Source: Steroidobacteraceae bacterium
Lineage (GTDB): Bacteria; Pseudomonadota; Gammaproteobacteria; Steroidobacterales; Steroidobacteraceae
Assembly (NCBI GenBank): GCA_050181835.1
Contig: JBFXCU010000007.1
Coordinates: forward strand, 24,888 to 88,887
DNA length: 64,000 nt
Reading direction: 5' to 3'
The first letter of the stretch is position 1; each line of letters opens with the position of its first letter. The notes under the pieces were generated by a model that saw only the letters and a program-made list of their open reading frames with translations, was not told the DNA's origin and did no database searches. Positions 19,078-26,971 of the stretch are shown piece by piece. The translations under genes were made by a program, and so were the position numbers.

Positions 19078-19956
19078 GTTGATCCTCTTTGTTACGTTCG
19101 CTGTTCTTGTCCAAGTTCGGTTTCTTTTTTGGTTGCTGCGGGTTTTCGTTACGCTGCGAAGCCACTGTACCGGAGGATTGATCGGGTCGCTGACGTTCGG
19201 TGTTTTGTTGTGCTGGAGGCGACGGCTGCTGACGGGTGTTTTTGCCTACAGAGGCGGGCTGTTGCGGAGATGCATCTCTCGGTTCGATACGTTCATTGTT
19301 GCGCGCATCAGAGTTGTTGCGTGATGGTTCCTGCGTTGTACGGCCAGTGACTGGTGCACGTTGCGTGGGTTGTGACCGCTCTTGTCGGACTACCGGCGTG
19401 CGTGGTTGGTAGTGGTAGTTTTTGCTCCGCAGTTCCCGTTGCTGTTCCACTCGTGGATAGTGGTCGCGGTTGTATTGCCGTTGATAAATGGGCAAGGGCG
19501 CAGGCGCAGGTGCTGTGTTGCGATTCCACTGGTTCCAGCCACTTCGATGCCGAGACCAGTCATTGCCCCAGTGCTCATCCCAGCGCGGTGCGGCATCCCG
19601 CCGCCAGCTGAGAAAATACTGTGGCGGCAGACGGTAGTACCGAACCGGGATGCGCAGTACGAATTCCGGCACATATCATATATTGGTTGTACCAAGTCCC
19701 ATGGGCCATTGTACCAGTCGCTCTGATACCAGTAGTCGTCCTGATATACCCAGTAATAACCATCGTAGAAGAAGTAGTTTGAATTCAGATCCGGCGCGTA
19801 ATACACCGGATAGCCCGGCACTCGCACCAGTTGTGGGTACACCGGCAAGTTGATGCCAATGCTGAGATTGGCTGATCTGATGCCAATGCTCACTTGTGCC
19901 GTGGCCGGTGTGATGATGCACCACAGTAGTGATGCTAGAATCAGCTTGTTACGCAT
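19067..19956 (-). pseudogene. Secreted aromatic-rich protein with a long Q/R/P/N/E-rich tail, interrupted by a 1-nt frameshift near 19676
   Basis: The N-terminal part (start 19956, SD GGAGA, signal MRNKLILASLLWCIITPATA) reads ...YFFYDGYYWVYQDDYWYQSDWYNGPWDLVQPIYD. It then drifts into Cys/Arg-rich nonsense. The other frame, just after a TGA, continues YVPEFVLRIPVRYYRLPPQYF...RWDEHWG with no RBS or signal peptide of its own. Restoring one T (GAT TAT GTG) fuses the halves into PIYDYVPEF. Confidence 0.55.
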
Positions 19957-20253
19957 GACATGTTCTCCGCGATGAGAAAAGTAAGCCTGATCAGGAAATC
20001 GTTCGATTAACGAAGGAAAACTCTGTGGGGCAAGCTCAGGACGAGTGTATCTGATCAGATGTGATCCAAGTGCGTGCAATCTAGAGTGCGGCCATTGTAG
20101 CGTCTGTACGCTAGCGCACTTGCTGATGTCGCCATTCATCAACAAGGTGTGTCAGCGTACAGAGAAAGAGTTTCTCGATGTGTAGCCTTGCTGTTGTCTG
20201 GCATTCATGTTGAATGCTGTTTGGGATTTCCAACTCAATACTAAGGAACCATC

Positions 20254-20856
20254 ATGAGACTTCTGACTACTGCAGTAACGGTGTTGTCGCTGGGTATCAT
20301 CCCGGCGCTTGCCCAGAGCGCGACGCCACAGGCCAATCCCAGCGGTCCGTATGTTGGCGTGGGCTGGGGACAAATGAATCTGGACTTGCATAACCTCAGC
20401 GATGTCGGCACGGCCACCAGCAAGATCGTCAAGGCTGACGATAATGCATGGAAACTGTTTGCTGGCTGGCGCTTGAATTCATATCTCGCATTTGAAGCGG
20501 CATACATCGACTTCGGCCAACCCGGTGACCGGTTTGATTCCAGTGGTTCAAACGGCAACTACAAGGTTGAGCTGAATGGCTTTGCGCCTTACATCATTGG
20601 CAGTATTCCGCTTGGTAATGCCGAATTGTTTGCCAAGGCTGGTAGCTATTTCTATGACGTGAATGTCTTGGTGGATTTAGACAATCCGGGTCCGGATATA
20701 AGATCGAGTCACAGTCGTAATGACTTTTTGTACGGTGGTGGCATTGGTTATACCTTCATGGATCATCTCCATGTGCGCGCTGAGTACGAAGTCGTTGATT
20801 TGAAAAACGCCAGTAACTCTCAGGCTATCTGGCTCAGCGGCGCTTGGCGGTTCTAA
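20254..20856 (+). CDS. Small outer-membrane beta-barrel protein (OmpA-like 8-strand / OMP_b-brl type)
   Basis: A signal peptide is present (MRLLTTAVTVLSLGIIPALA). The sequence shows alternating amphipathic strands, aromatic girdles and a C-terminal ...LSGAWRF with terminal Phe. Confidence 0.8.
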   Translation: MRLLTTAVTVLSLGIIPALAQSATPQANPSGPYVGVGWGQMNLDLHNLSDVGTATSKIVKADDNAWKLFAGWRLNSYLAFEAAYIDFGQPGDRFDSSGSNGNYKVELNGFAPYIIGSIPLGNAELFAKAGSYFYDVNVLVDLDNPGPDIRSSHSRNDFLYGGGIGYTFMDHLHVRAEYEVVDLKNASNSQAIWLSGAWRF

Positions 20857-20868
20857 AGTTCATTCGGC

Positions 20869-20888
20869 CTGCCTCGCTTGTGAGGCAG
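20869..20888 (+). terminator. Weak hairpin after the OMP gene
   Basis: A 7-bp stem (CTGCCTC / GAGGCAG) encloses a 6-nt loop, 13 nt after the stop. No clear U-tract follows. Confidence 0.3.
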
Positions 20889-20959
20889 ACCGGGGGATTT
20901 GAAGAGAATTCTTCCACTCCGATCGTTAATGGCTTTTGATCCACTACGGGATATCATTC

Positions 20960-21175
20960 ATGAATTGGCAAATTGTCCAAGGTAACTGGAAGCAGTTCAG
21001 AGGTACGGTGCGGGCGCGGTGGGGGAAACTCACTGACGACCATCTGGACGAGATTGCCGACAAGCGCGAACAATTACTGGGCAAGATTCAGGAGATGTAT
21101 GGCATCGAGCGGGCCGAAGCAAATCGGGAAATCGAGCTGTTCGAAGAACGTAACAAGAACTACGCGCCCAAGTAG
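20960..21175 (+). CDS. CsbD-family general stress protein
   Basis: MNWQIVQGNWKQFRGTVRARWGKLTDDHLDEIADKREQLLGKIQEMYG is the canonical CsbD pattern. I chose the ATG at 20960 over the track start. Confidence 0.85.
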   Translation: MNWQIVQGNWKQFRGTVRARWGKLTDDHLDEIADKREQLLGKIQEMYGIERAEANREIELFEERNKNYAPK

Positions 21176-21416
21176 CAGTTAGTCCTATTCTGAACCACCG
21201 AATTGGTCCGGCAGTTATTGCCTCACATTTGGAGATCCCGTATGCGCTGGCATCGTTGCATTGATATGTTGGCGCCTTCGGTCTTTAGTCCCAAGGTAAC
21301 GCCCGATCCGGCCAGCGCCGAGCGACTCAACGCAAAGCTGGAGCAAGCCATGGCGAAACTGAAGCAGGGTAATCAACGTAGCCAGCTCACTAGGCGCGCG
21401 ACACCGTTCTAGCGGC

Positions 21417-21635
21417 CTAACGGTTTTTTGCACTCACCAGCAGCACACCGCCTGCTATCAGTAAGCCAATGCCTGCCCACAGGGGCAGGTTGACGCGTTC
21501 TTTCTCGTCAATGGATAGCTCTACTACACCAAGATCTACTTGATGTGTTTCTTTGGTGTAGCTGAATCCGCCATAGGCAAGACCTAACGCTCCCGCTACG
21601 AGTAAGACCACGGCGATGAGTGATTGACTGTTCAT
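21417..21635 (-). CDS. DUF3185-family small membrane protein
   Basis: The 72-aa ORF from the ATG at 21635 (MNSQSLIAVVLLVAGALGLAYGGFSYTKE...LPLWAGIGLLIAGGVLLVSAK) has two TM helices flanking a short loop. The upstream part of the track ORF is out-of-frame read-through of the next gene. Confidence 0.75.
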   Translation of the reverse strand: MNSQSLIAVVLLVAGALGLAYGGFSYTKETHQVDLGVVELSIDEKERVNLPLWAGIGLLIAGGVLLVSAKNR

Positions 21636-21781
21636 TAGAGTCGCCGTCCCTGAATCACCCTCACCAGAATCATGATGATGGCGATGACCAGCAGAATGTG
21701 GATAAAACCACCCATTGAATAGGAAGTAACGAGTCCCAGTGCCCAGAGAATGAGCAACACAATCGCGATGGTTTCTAGCAT
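21635..21781 (-). CDS. lmo0937-family small membrane protein (48 aa), absent from the ORF track
   Basis: My own translation is MLETIAIVLLILWALGLVTSYSMGGFIHILLVIAIIMILVRVIQGRRL*. It matches the pattern of the lmo0937/DUF5670-type stress peptide (..LLILW.LG....Y..GG.IH.LLVIA.I..L.R.I.GR). Its TAA overlaps the ATG of the DUF3185 gene (TAATG). Confidence 0.7.
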   Translation of the reverse strand: MLETIAIVLLILWALGLVTSYSMGGFIHILLVIAIIMILVRVIQGRRL

Positions 21782-21899
21782 GGTCGTTCTCACAGATTTG
21801 TGTGGCGAAGCGTTTACATGGCAAGACTAATTTTATGTCCATTTCTAGTCTGTTCGTTACCGCACCTTGGCGGGTGATATATTACTAAGCATCAATCGA

Positions 21900-22778
21900 T
21901 CAGCGCGCTATTTGCTGGCGCAGGATCTCCCGATGCTTCATGTCGAGGTACTGCTGTCGATTCAGCTCATGTAATTGCGCCGGATATTCTTCAATGCTGG
22001 CGTACCAGTCGTTAAGACGCTGATTAAGTTGCTGCGAAGCCGGTGTTGCCAGTGTGTCAAGATAAGCCACGATGGCCAAGTAGTACCGCATGGTGTTGCG
22101 TTCGACCACGCCTCGCTGGCCACCGATATAGACAGGTTGGCTATTGGACTGTGAACCCACTCGGGTGAAGCCAATCTTGTTCCGACCACCCGTGGCCAGA
22201 TAACTCTGCATGGCGAATCGGGTTATTGCGCCGTAGCGATAGGCATACGACATGTGCAGGAAGCTGTGTGTGGCATCAAGGCCGGCTAACTCCAGAACAA
22301 TGCGATAGTCACTGGTACCCAGTGGCCCTTTGGGCGCACTCAGCGTGACTTGCTGGTAACTGGTGCCAAGCTTGGCGGCGCTGAAATTGAACTCGAACAA
22401 ATAGCCATCGGCCAGCGGCTGATCGAATTTTCTGCCGACAGTCACGCTTATCGTGTCACCGCCAGACAACTGGTTGACGCGACAGTCCTTTACGTTCAAA
22501 TGCAGTATCAGGATGTCGCACCAATTTTTCGCGCTCAGCAATGCTGGCCCCACTACCGCAAAGGACTGATCAATACGGGCATAGATGTCGCCTTGCAAGG
22601 CGTCCGGCTGCTCGCTAGATTCAAGGTACAAAGGTTTGTTGAACTGATTGTTGCTGAGCTGTTTTTGTAAGGCGATGTTGCGTGTCTGCAATGCTGCTGC
22701 GTTTTGCGCATGCGCCAGCGATGCATTGCATAGCAGCAATAGGCACAACAGTGTTTTACTGGCTAGTCGCCCGTCCAT
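21900..22778 (-). CDS. Secreted protein of unknown function, translationally coupled to cardiolipin synthase
   Basis: The start at 22778 (MDGRLASKTLLCLLLLCNASLAHA, a signal peptide) overlaps the cls stop (TAATG). The protein is 292 aa and no family was recognised. Confidence 0.65.
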   Translation of the reverse strand: MDGRLASKTLLCLLLLCNASLAHAQNAAALQTRNIALQKQLSNNQFNKPLYLESSEQPDALQGDIYARIDQSFAVVGPALLSAKNWCDILILHLNVKDCRVNQLSGGDTISVTVGRKFDQPLADGYLFEFNFSAAKLGTSYQQVTLSAPKGPLGTSDYRIVLELAGLDATHSFLHMSYAYRYGAITRFAMQSYLATGGRNKIGFTRVGSQSNSQPVYIGGQRGVVERNTMRYYLAIVAYLDTLATPASQQLNQRLNDWYASIEEYPAQLHELNRQQYLDMKHREILRQQIAR

Positions 22779-24148
22779 TACAGCCAGTATTCCCAAAGGC
22801 GGCCAATCAGCTCCTTGGCTCGGACGCGCAGCGGCCGACGTTGCCAAGTTGTCAGTATGATCGGGGTCGATTGGGCAAAATCATCCATGAATGCAGTACG
22901 CATTTTTTCGCCGAAGCCCGTGCCGAGTACCACGGCGTTGATTTCGTAGTTGTGCAGAAAGCTGCGCCAATCAAGGTTGGTAGAGCCGACGGTCGACCAC
23001 ACACCGTCGATCACCGCCGTCTTCACATGTAGCAATGCACCGTGTCTTTCGTACAGTTTTACGCCTGCCTTTAACAAGTTCGTGTAGTGAGCACGACCGG
23101 CATGAAACACCAGCCATGAATCGGTGCTGCTAGGCAATACCAATTTGACATCAACGCCGCGTTTTACTGCTGCCTTGAGCGCCGTAATCAGTTGCGGATC
23201 AGGAACGAAGTAGGCGTTGGTCAACCAGACTTCAGTTTCAGCGCTACCAATCGCCGAAATCAGCGTGGCATAAATAAGACTGTAGGGTTCATTCGGCGAG
23301 CTGCCGATGGCGCGTACCACATCGCTTCCGGCACGCACGGGCAGCGGATAGTAATTGCGCGGCGCGAGGGGCTCGCCTTGTTGTTCTTCCCAGGTTCCGA
23401 TGAATAGCTTCTGCAGCTCGTTGACCGCCGGGCCCTCGAGTTGCAGATCGGTATCGCGCCAGGGCAATGCACCACTAGGCCTGATTTTGGATTTGTGGCT
23501 GAACGATCCACCTGAATAGACGCTGCTGATATTGATGCCGCCGAGAAAGGCGACTCGTCCATCGACGATCAGTAGTTTGCGATGATCGCGCTGGTTCACG
23601 TTCCAACCTGCCTTGGCGGTTAACGGATTAACAGGATTGAATTCCATCACATTGATGCCGACGTCGGTGAGGCTGGTGAAAAACGCACTTGGCGTACTGA
23701 GTGTACCGACACTGTCGTGGATAAGATTGACTTGTACACCAGCCTGTTGCTTGGTGATCAATGCGGCTGCAAAGCGCTGTCCGACTTCATCATCATCAAG
23801 GATGTAGGTTTCCATGTTGATGTGATCCTTGGCGGAATCGATGGCTGCGATCATCGCCTGGTAGGTACTCGGCCCGTCCTGCAACAGCTCGACTTTATTG
23901 TCGATCGTCAGGGGGCTGCCGATAATCGCTTGTTCAAGCGCCAGATGAATGTCGAAAATATTGGTAGGCGCGCCGCTGCTTTTCAGCTTGTCGATGATGG
24001 CCTTACTGCGTTGGGCAGAAAGTGGTCCCCTCGAATTATCGAGTTGCACCGACGGTGTTGCGCGCGGCGACAGGATGGGGACGATAGTTGGTAAGGAAGT
24101 GCAAGCTGCCAGAACTATCAATGCCAGCAGTGCAATGACTCGTCGCAT
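22778..24148 (-). CDS. cls: Cardiolipin synthase / phospholipase-D superfamily protein with two HKD motifs and a lipoprotein-type N-terminus
   Basis: HKD1 is HRKLLIVDGRVAFLGGINIS and HKD2 is HVKTAVIDGVWSTVGSTNLD. The likely start is 24148 (MRRVIALLALIVLAACTS, lipobox VLAAC). Confidence 0.88.
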   Translation of the reverse strand: MRRVIALLALIVLAACTSLPTIVPILSPRATPSVQLDNSRGPLSAQRSKAIIDKLKSSGAPTNIFDIHLALEQAIIGSPLTIDNKVELLQDGPSTYQAMIAAIDSAKDHINMETYILDDDEVGQRFAAALITKQQAGVQVNLIHDSVGTLSTPSAFFTSLTDVGINVMEFNPVNPLTAKAGWNVNQRDHRKLLIVDGRVAFLGGINISSVYSGGSFSHKSKIRPSGALPWRDTDLQLEGPAVNELQKLFIGTWEEQQGEPLAPRNYYPLPVRAGSDVVRAIGSSPNEPYSLIYATLISAIGSAETEVWLTNAYFVPDPQLITALKAAVKRGVDVKLVLPSSTDSWLVFHAGRAHYTNLLKAGVKLYERHGALLHVKTAVIDGVWSTVGSTNLDWRSFLHNYEINAVVLGTGFGEKMRTAFMDDFAQSTPIILTTWQRRPLRVRAKELIGRLWEYWL

Positions 24149-24383
24149 GGAGTGCAGACTCAACCAGTACCCGCCAGAGTATTGCGGCTTGGGATTACAC
24201 AACATATACATATGACCACTTGAGCATCAATTGTTCAGCCTTTTATTTGTCGCCAACTATTTCCTTCATTCAGGCGGGAAATGTTCCATAGCAGCAGGAC
24301 GCTCCCTGCATCCCTGTATGATCGGCATTCCCCACATCCATGTAGGGAGGGATTCTATTCCGACTTCTTGCGATAAATCCTGT

Positions 24384-25214
24384 TTACAGCTTCAACGCCT
24401 TTGATTCGACGCTCTTCACGCCACGCACATTCTGTGCAAACTCAATTGCCAACGCACGCTCTGCGCCGTTGTCCACTTTGCCACTGAGCGTGACGATGCC
24501 GTCCTTGGTATTGACGGTGATATCCGATCCGTGGATATTGCTGGAATACCAATACGTTGATTTCACCTTGGTGGTGATCCAACCATCGGCAATGACCTCA
24601 CCAGTGTCACGTGCAGTTTCCTTAGTAGTTGCTACGACACCTGGTTTGGCATCCTTGACCACCAGCTGATTGTCTACTGACACTACGCCATGCGTGTTCA
24701 TCGCCAGACGCGTAGCAAGTTCCTTGGCAGTCGGGCTTTCAGCGCTGCCCATCAACTTGACCTTACCTGCCTTGGTATCGACATCGACGGCCAGGCCGCT
24801 AACATGCTTGCTCCACAACAGCTTTGATTTAACTTCTGTCGTGATAGTGGCATCGTCGATCACTTCACCAAAACTGCGCGTAGTCGAGGCTTTGGCCGGC
24901 ACATAGTCAGGTTGGATCATGATCTGATTGTCGACTTCCTTGATGCCACTGACACTCAGTGCAATCTGTTTGGCCAGATCTTTGCTGACACTTTCTTCGA
25001 CAGTACCTGTCAATGTGGCCTTGCCAGCATGCACCGAGACCTTAAGGTCATTGGCGCGCAGGTAAGGACTCAAGGCGTAAGTAGTCCAGATCTGGGTTTC
25101 CTGTCGCGCTTCGGTGATGTCCTGAGAAATGGTGTCGGCAGCGAACGTATTGCTGGTGCTCAACGCCAGCAAGATTCCGGTGGCGATAATTGAATTGCGT
25201 ACTTGTGTGATCAT
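24384..25214 (-). CDS. Periplasmic BON-domain protein (OsmY-like, three BON domains)
   Basis: A signal peptide (MITQVRNSIIATGILLALSTSNTFA) precedes three repeats of the BON pattern (..V.V..G.VTL.G.V.S...K..A...A....GVK.V.N.L.V). Confidence 0.9.
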   Translation of the reverse strand: MITQVRNSIIATGILLALSTSNTFAADTISQDITEARQETQIWTTYALSPYLRANDLKVSVHAGKATLTGTVEESVSKDLAKQIALSVSGIKEVDNQIMIQPDYVPAKASTTRSFGEVIDDATITTEVKSKLLWSKHVSGLAVDVDTKAGKVKLMGSAESPTAKELATRLAMNTHGVVSVDNQLVVKDAKPGVVATTKETARDTGEVIADGWITTKVKSTYWYSSNIHGSDITVNTKDGIVTLSGKVDNGAERALAIEFAQNVRGVKSVESKALKL

Positions 25215-25292
25215 GGAATAGCTCCAAAATATAAATTAAACGAATTGATGAGTTAAGGAAGTAGTGCGTCGGATTTGCTCCGACGCGAAAGG

Positions 25293-25511
25293 TTAAAAGC
25301 GGTGCTTAGTGAAAAATCGTTCGACCTGCATGTCGGCTTCTTCGCGGCTCACGGCATATCGTTCGTGAATCAGGCCAGCCAATTTCTGGGTGTGACCTTC
25401 GAGCTTAAGCAACTCGTCTTCACTGATGTCGCCCCAAGCGACCTTGGCTGCGCCGACATATTGTTGCCATTTGCCTTTAAGCTCTTCAATGCTAGGTATG
25501 TTCGTGTGCAT
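25293..25511 (-). CDS. CsbD-family general stress protein (second copy)
   Basis: EELKGKWQQYVGAAKVAWGDISEDELLKLEGHTQKLAGLIHERYAVSREEA is the CsbD pattern. The gene begins 5 nt after the OmpA-like gene ends. Confidence 0.85.
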   Translation of the reverse strand: MHTNIPSIEELKGKWQQYVGAAKVAWGDISEDELLKLEGHTQKLAGLIHERYAVSREEADMQVERFFTKHRF

Positions 25512-25516
25512 GTCAT

Positions 25517-26437
25517 CTATCTCGACGACAGCTGTGTGTTGGCAATGATCACTTCGACACGCCGATTCAGTTGCCGTCCAGTGACGGAGGCGTTGTCGCC
25601 AACCGGCATGCCTTCGCCTTTGCCGATCGCTGTCATGCGTGACGCATCGATACCCTGTGCAACTAGGTAGTATTTGACGGCATCGGCGCGGCGCTGTGAA
25701 AGGCCTTGGTTGTAAGCATCGCTGCCAACACTGTCAGTGTGGCCTTCAATCAAGGTGGTGCGTTCTGGATATTTATTGAGGAAACCAGCCAATTTGGCGA
25801 GGTGGTTGTTGCCACCAGTATTCAAGTCGGCAGTGCCGCTGGCGAACAGCACGTCACCTAAAGTAAGCACCAAACCGCGATCCGTCACTTCGGCCTGTAG
25901 CTCGTCGATTTGACGTTGCAGTTCACTTGCACTGTTTTGGGCGTCGGCGATAGCCGCAGCTGAACGTTGGTTGGCTAACTCGGCCGCCGCCCTTTGATTG
26001 TTTGCATCGACCGTGGCTGCATCAGCACGACGCTTGGCCGAGTTTGCTTCGTTAGTGCGCGACTGCAGTCGCATGGCATCGCGTTGCTCGCCCAACGCCT
26101 TACGCTGGTCTACGGCAAAATTGGTTTCCGCTTGCGCCTGTGCAATAGCGATCTTGCGATCGGCAAGGAACACTAGGTGCGTACCCACGGCCAAGTCAGA
26201 TTGGGGCTGTTCGGCTGCCTTCACCGCGATATCTGCGTCCTTCATGGCTAGTGGTGCGCGGCTACCCAGTTCCGGATCAGCCTGTAGTTGCGTTAAGCGG
26301 CTGCGCAGGCTATCGGCACCATCGGGTTTGGTTGGGCCAGCAGCACACGCTGTAAGTAGTGCACAGGCAACGGCGGTAGCTACCACGGCGGTGGACCGAG
26401 TTCCTACCAATTTGTTGAGATTCGAATAGCTGTACAT
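25517..26437 (-). CDS. OmpA-family lipoprotein (coiled-coil N-region plus C-terminal OmpA-like peptidoglycan-binding domain)
   Basis: It has a lipobox (ALLTAC), an Ala/Gln-rich coiled coil and an OmpA_C motif (FASGTADL...IEGHTDSVGSDAYNQGLSQRRADAV...GKGEGMPVGDN....GRQLNRRVEV). Confidence 0.9.
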   Translation of the reverse strand: MYSYSNLNKLVGTRSTAVVATAVACALLTACAAGPTKPDGADSLRSRLTQLQADPELGSRAPLAMKDADIAVKAAEQPQSDLAVGTHLVFLADRKIAIAQAQAETNFAVDQRKALGEQRDAMRLQSRTNEANSAKRRADAATVDANNQRAAAELANQRSAAAIADAQNSASELQRQIDELQAEVTDRGLVLTLGDVLFASGTADLNTGGNNHLAKLAGFLNKYPERTTLIEGHTDSVGSDAYNQGLSQRRADAVKYYLVAQGIDASRMTAIGKGEGMPVGDNASVTGRQLNRRVEVIIANTQLSSR

Positions 26438-26850
26438 TATTTTGCTCCAGTGTTGCGCTGCATTTCCTGCGACAGGATGGCAGTGCTTTGCTTGATTTCG
26501 TCGTTGACCGCTTGCGCCTTGGCAGCTTCGTTCTTGGCAGAGGCCAGTTCGGCATCGGCGCGTGATTCCAGGGCGAGACGCTCTGCCACAATCATGTGAT
26601 CTTTCAGCTTTTCATCGTTTACGGCAGCCTGAGCCGCAGTCAGTTTCTCGCGTGCCTCACGCAGTTCGGGTGATGCGGCGTCGGTAATACGGGTGCGGTC
26701 GGCGGCAGCAATGGCCTGCTCGGCTGCCTTCATGGCGACGGTAGGTTCGGGTGGGATAGTGGCACAGGCAGCGATAGTCAATACGCTGCATATAGCGGTG
26801 ATGCTAGCTGCGCGCTGCAATGAACGAGGCAGGACTGAAAACTTGATCAT
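26437..26850 (-). CDS. DUF4398-family lipoprotein
   Basis: The 137-aa ORF has a lipobox (LTIAAC) and a helical Ala-rich body (AEQAIAAADR...REAREKLTAAQAAV...A). Its RBS is AAGGAGA. Its stop overlaps the OmpA-like start (TAATG). DUF4398 is commonly paired with OmpA-like genes. Confidence 0.78.
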   Translation of the reverse strand: MIKFSVLPRSLQRAASITAICSVLTIAACATIPPEPTVAMKAAEQAIAAADRTRITDAASPELREAREKLTAAQAAVNDEKLKDHMIVAERLALESRADAELASAKNEAAKAQAVNDEIKQSTAILSQEMQRNTGAK

Positions 26851-26971
26851 GCTGAATTCTCCTTGGCGAAGATGAAATTGGCCGAGTTGAATAACAATGA
26901 GTGAACGGCCCTTCGAGAAGTGGCAAGCGTGCGCGGCGTTTGGTTATTAGTCTGTACGCTGGCGAACTTAG

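Noticed and set aside
19676-19924. An 82-aa His-rich ORF (MVHHHTGHGTSEHWHQ...) on the minus strand.
   Set aside because: It is merely the alternative frame of the aromatic-rich secreted protein gene. It is the same frame that becomes coding after the frameshift, and it terminates at the TGA just before YVPEF.
21203-21412. A small plus-strand ORF after the first CsbD gene. An internal ATG at 21242 has a GGAGA 7 nt upstream.
   Set aside because: Apart from the SD-like sequence there is no homology, and the composition is unremarkable. It could be a real 56-aa protein, but I cannot support that from the sequence alone.
24296-24346. An imperfect palindrome and 8-mer duplication (TCCCTGCA TCCCTGTA ... 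CCCCACATCCATGTAGGGAGGG) between the BON gene and cls.
   Set aside because: The arms do not pair cleanly and there is no U-tract. It is not distinguishable from chance, though it could be a weak terminator of the BON gene.
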